34,729 nt of DNA from Coprothermobacterota bacterium (GTDB lineage: Bacteria > Caldisericota > JANLFM01): assembly GCA_026389425.1 (NCBI GenBank), contig JAPLHW010000149.1:1-34729 (forward strand), written 5' to 3'. Position numbers and translations under genes: made by a program. Every line of letters begins with the position of its first letter. Positions within the stretch are counted from its first letter, which is position 1. Shown here one piece after another: positions 16,558 to 24,166 of this stretch. The notes beneath the pieces are model-generated. The model did not search any database and was not told the DNA's origin. It worked only from the letters and a program-made list of their open reading frames with translations.

Positions 16558-18833
16558 CCGCCCCCTTCCGTACCATCGGTCAACCCGTCAGCAAGATCGA
16601 CGGAGTCGAGCTGGTCACCGGACGGGCACGCTATACGGCCGACCTGCAGTTTCCCGGCACATTGCAAGCGGTGGCCCGTCGCGCCGGGTTCGCGGCTGGC
16701 TTGCTCCATCGTCTGGATGTGGAGGAAGCCCGCCGGTCCCCCGGGGTAGTATTGGTTCTCACCCCTGCGGATCTGCCCGGCCCTAATCTGATCGGTATCC
16801 TACCCCCCTTCGACCAGCCCCTATTGGCCGGCCCGGAGATACGCCACGAAGGCGATTCCTTGGCTCTGGTCGTGGCGGAGACCCAAGATCAGGCCGAGGC
16901 AGCCGCTTCCCTCATCGTAGCCGAGATCGAGCCTTTTCCTCCGCTCCTCGATCCCGAGGAAGCCATGCGCCCGGAGGCGCGCAAGATTCATCCCAACGGC
17001 AACCTGACCTTTGCCAAACAGCTCCTGAAGGGAGATGTCGAGGCTGGTTTCTCCCTAGCCGAAGTGATCGTAGAGGACACCTACCGTACCAGCGTCCAGG
17101 ATCATGCCTACCTGGAGCCGGAAGCCGTGCTAGCCGTGCCGGAGAGCGACGGACGCTTAACGGTGTACGCCTCGTGCCAGTCACCCTTCCACTTGCGAGG
17201 CCACATTGCCGCCAACACCGGCCTCCCCGCCTCTCGTGTGAAAGTCGTGCAGCCCTTCGTCGGCGGATCCTTCGGAGGCAAGGATGATGCCGTTACCGAG
17301 ATGGGCTCGCTGGCAGGTGCGGCGGCCCTTAAGCTGGGTCGCCCGGTACGCATCGTTCACTCCCGCAGAGACTCTTTCCTGGGCTCGCATGCCCGTCATG
17401 CCGCCATCATTCATCTCAAGACCGGCGCTCTGCGCGACGGCACGATCGTCGCCCGCCAGGCCGAGATCCTTCTTGACGGAGGGGCGTACGCCTCGGAGAG
17501 TCCCTTCGTGGTCATGAAAGCGTTAATCCACGTGGCAGGCCCTTATAAGATCCCCCATCTTCGGGTGGACTGCCGCGCCGTTTACACTAACAAACGTCAG
17601 GCTGGAGCGATGCGCGGTTTCGGCGTACCACAAGTCACTTTTGCCTCGGAATCCCAGATCGATGCTCTAGCTCGCGAGCTGAGCTTCGACCCTTGGGAGC
17701 TTCGCCGTCGCAACGCCTTGACGGTGGGCGAAGCCAATGCCACCGGTCAGGTTTTCCAGGAGTCGGTGGGATTGATCCAGACTCTGGAGCTGGTGAAGGT
17801 GGAAGGGGAGTGGCCGGCCTGCTGGGAAAAGGCCCATGCTGGCAGCAACCCTCGCTTCAAGCGAGGTGTCGGACTGGCCGCCATGATGCAGGGAATCTCC
17901 AACGGGGCGGAAGGAGTCGATGTGGTCGGCGCTTCCGTCCAAGTCAGCCAAGACGGTAGCGTCCTGGTCGGGTTGGGCCTGACCGAGTTGGGTCAGGGCA
18001 GCCGAACGGCCATGGCCCAGATTGCCGCTGAGATCTTGGGCGTTCGACTGGAGAAGATCAGCGTCCGGCAAGTGGATACCGATACTGTCCATGATTCCGG
18101 CCCGACCGTGGCCTCCCGCACCACCACAGTGGGGGGGAAAGCAGTCTGGATGGCCGCCCAAGCTGTGCGCACATCACTGTTGGAGATGGCTGGGCTGATG
18201 TTTAAAGCTCCTGCTGAGGCGATTGAGTTGGGGGAAGACCTCGCTTACCTGCGGGAAAACCAAGAAGCCCAGATTCCGCTTGCCCAGGTCGCTACAGCCG
18301 CTTACTGGACTGGCTTTCCTTTGATGAACCTAGCTTTCTCCCGCGCCCCCGACGCGCAGTACGATCACGAGACTCACCAGGGCCAGATCTACATCGCCTA
18401 TAACTATGGCGCTCACCTGATGGAGGTGGAAGTGGACACCTGGACTGGAAAGGTTCGCGTGCTTAGGCACCTTGCCAGCCACGATGTGGGCAAGGTGATC
18501 AACCCCCTGGGAGTAGAAGGCCAAGTGGAGGGAGCTGCCTTGATGGGATTGGGTTTCGCCCACTTGGAGGAAGTCCTTCAGGAGAACGGGAAGGTTCGCA
18601 ATGCCAACTTCGCTGATTACCAGATCCCGTCCTTTGCAGAGCGACTTCCCACCCGATTCCTTGCGGTGGAAGAAGCGACCCCCAATGGCCCCTTCGGCGC
18701 CAAAGGGATCGGTGAACCTCCCCTGGCTGGAACAGCCGCAGCCTTCGCCAACGCGGTCTCGGACGCTTTGGGAATCTCTTTCACGCGTTTGCCCATCACC
18801 CCCCAGCGGATCCTGGAGGCCCTGGAGGGATAA
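16554..18833 (+). CDS. Xanthine dehydrogenase-family molybdopterin-binding subunit
   Basis: ATG at 16554 (ATGA overlap). HAYLE, GGSFGGK, AMRGFG, ELGQG, ASRTT, GQVEG, GAKGIGEPP. Confidence 0.95.
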   Translation: MTAPFRTIGQPVSKIDGVELVTGRARYTADLQFPGTLQAVARRAGFAAGLLHRLDVEEARRSPGVVLVLTPADLPGPNLIGILPPFDQPLLAGPEIRHEGDSLALVVAETQDQAEAAASLIVAEIEPFPPLLDPEEAMRPEARKIHPNGNLTFAKQLLKGDVEAGFSLAEVIVEDTYRTSVQDHAYLEPEAVLAVPESDGRLTVYASCQSPFHLRGHIAANTGLPASRVKVVQPFVGGSFGGKDDAVTEMGSLAGAAALKLGRPVRIVHSRRDSFLGSHARHAAIIHLKTGALRDGTIVARQAEILLDGGAYASESPFVVMKALIHVAGPYKIPHLRVDCRAVYTNKRQAGAMRGFGVPQVTFASESQIDALARELSFDPWELRRRNALTVGEANATGQVFQESVGLIQTLELVKVEGEWPACWEKAHAGSNPRFKRGVGLAAMMQGISNGAEGVDVVGASVQVSQDGSVLVGLGLTELGQGSRTAMAQIAAEILGVRLEKISVRQVDTDTVHDSGPTVASRTTTVGGKAVWMAAQAVRTSLLEMAGLMFKAPAEAIELGEDLAYLRENQEAQIPLAQVATAAYWTGFPLMNLAFSRAPDAQYDHETHQGQIYIAYNYGAHLMEVEVDTWTGKVRVLRHLASHDVGKVINPLGVEGQVEGAALMGLGFAHLEEVLQENGKVRNANFADYQIPSFAERLPTRFLAVEEATPNGPFGAKGIGEPPLAGTAAAFANAVSDALGISFTRLPITPQRILEALEG

Positions 18834-18843
18834 TTGTTCTCAA

Positions 18844-18875
18844 AGGACTTGCTGCCGCAGGCTGGATTGTTCCAA
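18844..18875 (-). repeat. Single GCGGCAGC-core element, an inverted near-copy of 6664-6694
   Basis: The reverse complement ttggaacaatccagcctgcggcagcaagtcct compares with ttggagcagacagcctgcggcagcatgtcct at 6664. Confidence 0.55.
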
Positions 18876-19027
18876 GGTTCCTCCAGCGGAGATCCGAAGA
18901 AAAGCTTCAAGGAGATCGATTCAGAAGAAGGCGGAGCGCAGCGGGCAAGAAGCCTGCGATGGCTTGGGGACAGATTAGACCTCTGGTCAATCCGGAAATC
19001 TGTCACCCTGATAGAAAGGAGATGAAG

Positions 19028-20419
19028 ATGATTGATCTATTGATACGAGGCGGACTCGTCCTCACGCTTGAGCCAAACACCTTGCAAGGACCGGTCTATG
19101 CCGATGGTGCGGTCGCTGTAGAGGGCAATCGCATCGTCGCCGTGGGTCCTACGGCGGAGGTGGAGGCTGCTTTTCCTGATGCCCGTGAGGTGATCGATGC
19201 GCGGGGACGGATCGTCATGCCCGGTTTTGTCTGCACCCACACCCACATGCCGTACGTGCTGGGGCACAATATGCCGGTGGACTTCAGCCAGTTACATTCC
19301 TTCTGGGACATGCTGCAGAAGATGGGATGGAAGTGGTTGGAGGATCTCACTACTGCCCAAGGGGTGTACGCGGCCACCCGCTACGCTGCCGCCAAGATGT
19401 TGAAGAGCGGCACTACCACTGTGTGCGAGCTGGTGGAGGCGCCTATCGCCTTGGGTAGATCACCATCCCCTCTGCAATGCTCCGCCCAGGCTGTCGAGGA
19501 GATCGGCATCCGTGCCCAGATTGGTTTTGAAGTCACCGAGCGGGTCCTCGGCGTGCCTGTTCTGGAGCGGTTGGAGCGGGCCAACGCAGAGAAGGGCTTC
19601 ACCGAGAACCTGGCTTTCCTGGAGAAGCACCCGCCGAGGAACGGCAGTCGCGTGGAAGGGCGCCTGGGAGTGCACACCGCTTTCACCAACTCGTACCAGA
19701 CCCTGCGTCAGGCGCGTGAGGTGGCCGACACCTACGACTGCGGCATTGAGATCCATGTCGCCGAGATCCCCCGTGTCTTCCTGGTGGAGAAATTCGGTAA
19801 ATCCGCACCGGAAGTGCTGGAAGAGACCGGCTTACTGGGGCCGGATGTGATCGCCGCCCACTGCATCGACCTGACCGACGGAGATTTGGAGATCCTTCGC
19901 CGCAACGGGGTGAACGTTGCCCACACGCCGATGAGCAACTCCCTCGGCGGCAATGGCGTGGCCCGCATCCCACACATGCTGGAACTGGGGATCAACGTTA
20001 CCTTGGGCCACGATTGCTTCTTCACCCTGGATTATTCCCAATACTTCCGTTACATGTATCTGTTACACAAGGCCCACAATGCCAACCCGATGTTGATCCC
20101 TCCTTTTCAGGCGCTGGATATCGCCACCGGGAACGGCGCGCGCGCGATGGGCCTGGATGATGAGATCGGCAGCCTGAAGGTCGGCAAGAAGGCCGATCTG
20201 ATCGTGATCCGACCGGATTCGCCCACCCCGACCACGCCTGAGTCGGTCATTTCCTTTTTCACCATGACCTTCGAGGGGCGGCAGGTCGAGCATGTCATCG
20301 TGGACGGCCGGGTGGTGGTGAAGAGCGGCCGCTTGACCACCGCCGACGAGGATGAGGTTCATGCGGCTTGTCTGGAGGAAGCGAAGATCCTCTGGCGTAA
20401 AAACGGTATTTTGATATAG
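19028..20419 (+). CDS. Metal-dependent amidohydrolase (SsnA/AtzA/nucleobase deaminase-like)
   Basis: MPGFVCTHTH, GTTT, HVAE, AAHC, LGHD, GSLKVGKKADL; SD AAAGGAG. Confidence 0.92.
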   Translation: MIDLLIRGGLVLTLEPNTLQGPVYADGAVAVEGNRIVAVGPTAEVEAAFPDAREVIDARGRIVMPGFVCTHTHMPYVLGHNMPVDFSQLHSFWDMLQKMGWKWLEDLTTAQGVYAATRYAAAKMLKSGTTTVCELVEAPIALGRSPSPLQCSAQAVEEIGIRAQIGFEVTERVLGVPVLERLERANAEKGFTENLAFLEKHPPRNGSRVEGRLGVHTAFTNSYQTLRQAREVADTYDCGIEIHVAEIPRVFLVEKFGKSAPEVLEETGLLGPDVIAAHCIDLTDGDLEILRRNGVNVAHTPMSNSLGGNGVARIPHMLELGINVTLGHDCFFTLDYSQYFRYMYLLHKAHNANPMLIPPFQALDIATGNGARAMGLDDEIGSLKVGKKADLIVIRPDSPTPTTPESVISFFTMTFEGRQVEHVIVDGRVVVKSGRLTTADEDEVHAACLEEAKILWRKNGILI

Positions 20420-20477
20420 ACTATCCCATTATCGCCGGGGTCTCTCGGGATCCCCGGCAAAGAAAGCAGGGAACGAA

Positions 20478-21284
20478 GTGAATATGGAACAAAGCAAAGA
20501 AGAGAATGTGAAAGAGGGAAGCGGACGGAAAGTGAATACTATCCAGTCAGTGGACAGGGCTCTGCGTATCCTGGAAGTGATCGCCGGGGCAGGCCGTGAC
20601 CTCGGCCTGGTGGAGGTCAGCAGGTTGGTCGAGCTGGATCCAAGCACCACCTACCGCTTGCTCAAAACACTGGAAGCCCACCAATACGTCAAGCAAGTAC
20701 AGAAGAAGGACAAGTACTCGCTCGGTTTCAAGGCGTTCGAAATCGGCAACGCCATCCCACTTTTGACTCATCTACGCGGCGCTTGCAAGGGTCCGCTAGA
20801 GGCCTTGCGCGACCGCACCGGGGAGACTGCTAATCTGGCTGTCCGGGATGGGCAGGAAGCCCTTTACGTCGAACAGATCTCCGCCCAACAATACACCCTG
20901 CGGGTCAGCTCCGAGGTCGGCCGGCGCGTGCCGTTGCACTCGACGGCGGTCGGAAAAGTCGTTCTCGCCTCTTTCAGCCAGGCAGAGCTGAGCGCTTACC
21001 TGAAGCGCCCCCTTACCCCCTTCACCGCCAAGACCATCACCAGCGCAGACAAATTGCGCGAGCATTTGGAAGAGACCCGCAGGCGCAACTGGGCTCTGGA
21101 CGACGAGGAGTTTGAATTCGGGGCGCGTTGCATCGCCACCCCGGTGAAGAATGCGGCAAATCAGTTCATCGCCGCGGTAAGCATCTCCGGTCCCTCCGTG
21201 CGCATTGGAGAGGACCGCATCACCTTCTTCCTGCCTCTGCTGATGCAGACCGCCACGCTGATCTCCAACTCCCTGAATTACTGA
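20478..21284 (+). CDS. IclR-family transcriptional regulator
   Basis: IQSVDRALRIL helix-turn-helix, STTYRLLKTL, TGETANL, PLHSTAVGK, DDEE..GARCIA, AAVSISGP. Confidence 0.95.
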   Translation: MNMEQSKEENVKEGSGRKVNTIQSVDRALRILEVIAGAGRDLGLVEVSRLVELDPSTTYRLLKTLEAHQYVKQVQKKDKYSLGFKAFEIGNAIPLLTHLRGACKGPLEALRDRTGETANLAVRDGQEALYVEQISAQQYTLRVSSEVGRRVPLHSTAVGKVVLASFSQAELSAYLKRPLTPFTAKTITSADKLREHLEETRRRNWALDDEEFEFGARCIATPVKNAANQFIAAVSISGPSVRIGEDRITFFLPLLMQTATLISNSLNY

Positions 21285-21441
21285 GGCGGAGTGTCCTCCT
21301 GAGCGAAAGCCCCGCGAGCAGCCTTCTCTTTCAACTCGCGCAGGAGGGTATCAGAAGCGATCCAACGTGCTGGCTTGCTGGGAAGCCGAGCCATCTCCTG
21401 AGCAAAGGCGTGGGGCAGATGCTGTCGTTGATAGGAGAGAA

Positions 21442-21527
21442 CAATGAGCTAGTGGATAGTGGACAAGAGATAGTGAACAGACGGATGAACTATCCACTAT
21501 TCACCATACACTATCCACTGCTCGCGA
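21442..21527 (+). repeat. 86-bp heptamer-built hairpin element, copy 1
   Basis: AGTGGAT-like heptads, a short loop, then ACTATCC-like heptads; inverted near-identical copy at 23986-24072. Confidence 0.85.
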
Positions 21528-21569
21528 GAACCAATCCGTTTACTATTAGGGCTTCCAGTTAATTATGAC

Positions 21570-22511
21570 TCAAAACACCTCAAGCGGTCGGCGCTCCTCC
21601 GGTTTGGGGAGGGTGACTACTATATGCACGGCTCTCGGCACCAGGCGCAAGTGAACCGGGGTCTCCCCCAGTTCCTCCCCGTCAGCTTGCACCGGCAGAG
21701 GCGGATCGGCCTCCACCCGAACCTCGTAGTAGGCCTTGCGCTGTGCCAAGTGACGGTCGATGCGCTGCCAACCGAGGAGCACGTTGGAGGTCAACAGCAG
21801 GTATTCAATCAGGTTCTTGGAGAAGATACTGAAGACCTCAAGGCGACCGTCATCGAGGCGGGCTTGGGGGTCCAGTCGTAACAATGGTCCACCGATGGCT
21901 GTGCTGTTGGCGACGATCACATCGGAGGCAGAGAACCGTGATTCCTGGCCGTCGATGGTCACTCGAAAGGCGGCGTGCGGAGGGAAAAGAGCCTTGCTGA
22001 CAGCCGTCCAGACATAAGCAGCCGTCCCGAAAAGGCGCTTCTCACGCTGAGAGGTGTCACGGACCACCGAGGCGTTGAGACCCACCCCTAGGTTGAGGAA
22101 GAAATAGCGGCTGTTCACCTGCATGGCGTCAATGGAACGAGTGGTATGCGGCCCGAGTGGCAGCTTGATGGCTCGCTCCCCCTCCAGCGGGATTCCCAGG
22201 TCGCGTGCCAGGACATTGCCGGTACCGCAGGGGAGGATGACCAAAGGTGCCTCCATCCCCACCAACCCTCCGGCCACGCCGGCCACCGTACCATCCCCGC
22301 CGGCCGCGCAAAAAAGATCGTAAGGTTTTAAGCCTCCAGCTGGATCAGCTGCTTTTCGCACCAAGTAGGAGAGGTCTTCACCTGGATGGACGCAATGAAC
22401 CCGAGCTTCCCAGCCGGCTTGAATTAGACGTTCCCGGAACCCCTCCCCCAAGGTCAGGGCAGAGCCGTTGCCCGCCTCCGGGTTGAGCACGAGGAAAGCC
22501 TGGCGCCCCAT
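21570..22511 (-). CDS. Diacylglycerol kinase-family lipid kinase (YegS/BmrU-like)
   Basis: LNPEAG, AAGGDGT, LPCGTGN, DDGRLE, QADGE. Confidence 0.92.
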   Translation of the reverse strand: MGRQAFLVLNPEAGNGSALTLGEGFRERLIQAGWEARVHCVHPGEDLSYLVRKAADPAGGLKPYDLFCAAGGDGTVAGVAGGLVGMEAPLVILPCGTGNVLARDLGIPLEGERAIKLPLGPHTTRSIDAMQVNSRYFFLNLGVGLNASVVRDTSQREKRLFGTAAYVWTAVSKALFPPHAAFRVTIDGQESRFSASDVIVANSTAIGGPLLRLDPQARLDDGRLEVFSIFSKNLIEYLLLTSNVLLGWQRIDRHLAQRKAYYEVRVEADPPLPVQADGEELGETPVHLRLVPRAVHIVVTLPKPEERRPLEVF

Positions 22512-22514
22512 TGG

Positions 22515-22709
22515 TCAGCGGCAGTGGAGGCGGCAGAATCGTTCGATAGATCGGTCGTAAGTGCGTTCCACCGCGACGGGAAAGTAGCAAGCCGGCAACT
22601 CCCCCAGAGAGCGGTGAAAGATAAGGCACTGGCAGCAGAGCCCCTTGCGCGGGCAGGGCTCATAGGTGCAGTTACAGCCCTGTTTATTACTTTCTTGCCG
22701 GCATACCAT
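22515..22709 (-). CDS. Small Cys-rich protein (DUF6485-like)
   Basis: [18 protein letters not shown]....ELPACYF...ERTYDRS pattern; tightly packed between its neighbours. Confidence 0.75.
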   Translation of the reverse strand: MVCRQESNKQGCNCTYEPCPRKGLCCQCLIFHRSLGELPACYFPVAVERTYDRSIERFCRLHCR

Positions 22710-22717
22710 CGGCAGTC

Positions 22718-23722
22718 CTAAGAGAGGATCCCCGCTGCGAAGAGCCCCAATACGATCGCGGCGATGATCAACAAGGCATCCAATCGGGCCAGCCAGAGGT
22801 GAAACGGGCGCAAGGTTTTCTTTCGGGCTGCGTCTCGAAGCCCGAGCCAGCGCAGCCCGAGCCAGAGCACGGCGAGGGTGAAGAGGATGGCGGCGAGACC
22901 CACCCAGGTGTGGGGTACGCGCAAATGGATCCCGTTGGAAAGCTGAACATTAAGGATGCCCAGGATCAAGCCAATGATCAGCACTCCTCCTCCGGCCAGG
23001 CCGAAAGTGCGGTGGCGCGTGAACCAACCTTTCCCTTTCCCCCCGAAGATCTGGGCGACGGCGAGGAGCGCTAAAAGGAAACCGATCGCCATAAGGATGG
23101 CGTGATACGGCCAGAGTACGGGGGCAGTCCGCTCACTGGATGTTCCTCCGGCCATTGCCAGGGTGCCTGAACCGCGTACCAGGTGAACGTTTCCCCAGTT
23201 ATCGTTGGCGCCATAAGCCCAGATCACGGGGAGGTTTCCCTCGGCTGGAATCACTGCATCGTAGCGGTCCCCGGTGGAGAGCTTGCGCGAGAACTCCAGG
23301 GTAGTCCATACCAGTGGCCGGCTTCCGGTTTTGGTCAGGAGGTCATCGCTCCCCCCCAGGTCAGTATCGGCGGGATGGTTACTCCCTGTTTCCGCCAGCG
23401 AGTAGGCGTCGAGGATGGTAACTGCTCCCTCCCTCGTCACCCAGCCAATGACCATATCCGCGTCTTTCATCTTCACAGTCGGCGAAAAGCCGATGGCCAC
23501 CCAGCCGGCAGATCTCACCACTAGAGCCATGTTTAGGGTGTCACCCTCGATCTCCCAGTAAACGCGAAAGTCACCTCCCGCGAAAGCCGTTTCATGAGTG
23601 TATTCCCCCGGCTGCTGAACCCCGTCGGCGGTGATTGCCAGAGCCGGTATCGCTCCGCCGCCAACGGCGAGGAGCAGGGTAAGGCAGAGGAGAATGAGAA
23701 ACCTGTTACCTGTTCGGTGCAC
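22718..23722 (-). CDS. Exported DOMON domain fused to a four-helix cytochrome b561-like domain
   Basis: GTG start after AGGAGG and a signal peptide. DOMON motifs [31 protein letters not shown]. Four TM helices each carry a His (YHA, RHR, PHT, FHL). Confidence 0.85.
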   Translation of the reverse strand: MHRTGNRFLILLCLTLLLAVGGGAIPALAITADGVQQPGEYTHETAFAGGDFRVYWEIEGDTLNMALVVRSAGWVAIGFSPTVKMKDADMVIGWVTREGAVTILDAYSLAETGSNHPADTDLGGSDDLLTKTGSRPLVWTTLEFSRKLSTGDRYDAVIPAEGNLPVIWAYGANDNWGNVHLVRGSGTLAMAGGTSSERTAPVLWPYHAILMAIGFLLALLAVAQIFGGKGKGWFTRHRTFGLAGGGVLIIGLILGILNVQLSNGIHLRVPHTWVGLAAILFTLAVLWLGLRWLGLRDAARKKTLRPFHLWLARLDALLIIAAIVLGLFAAGILS

Positions 23723-23881
23723 GCGTTTCCTCCTGGGCTGGTATGGGGAAGAGGGGGATGAGCCTTCTATCCGGTATTCTCGCAGCAATTGTGTTTTCCG
23801 ACATTGTAGCGCGAAGGGACCCTTCCCTCACAGGTGCGAGATGTCTCTTGCGGTTCAGTTCACCTTCTTTGCCAGTAACGC

Positions 23882-23989
23882 GCTGCTGCGGGCTATCATG
23901 CTGCCTCGGACTATCATGCTGCCTCGGACTATCGTGCTGCCTCGGACTATCGTGCTGCCTCGGACTATCGTGCTGCCTCGGGCTATCAC
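23882..23989. repeat. 18-bp tandem repeat x6 (GCTGCCTCGGACTATCRT)
   Basis: Six contiguous units without spacers in intergenic DNA. Confidence 0.95.
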
Positions 23990-24072
23990 GAGCAGTGGAT
24001 AGTGTATGGTGAATAGTGGATAGTTCATCCGTTCTGTTCACTATCCCCTGTCCACTACCCACTAGCTCATTG
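23986..24072 (-). repeat. Heptamer hairpin element, copy 2 (inverted relative to 21442-21527)
   Basis: The reverse complement differs from copy 1 by about four substitutions and one indel. Confidence 0.85.
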
Positions 24073-24166
24073 CTGCTCGTCCATCGCGGCATCACCCGTA
24101 CCTCGGCCTGGCACCTTCGACTTGAGAAAGAGGGGCGGCAGCCGGAGAAACAAGGGGGAGGTCGGC

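Noticed and set aside
15194-18833. Aerobic CO dehydrogenase or confirmed xanthine dehydrogenase
   Set aside because: The active-site loop is AMRGFG, not the AYxCSFR of Mo-Cu CODH. Substrate cannot be fixed from family motifs, so no xdh symbols are given.
23882-23989. CRISPR array
   Set aside because: The units are contiguous 18-mers with no unique spacers, and there are no cas genes.
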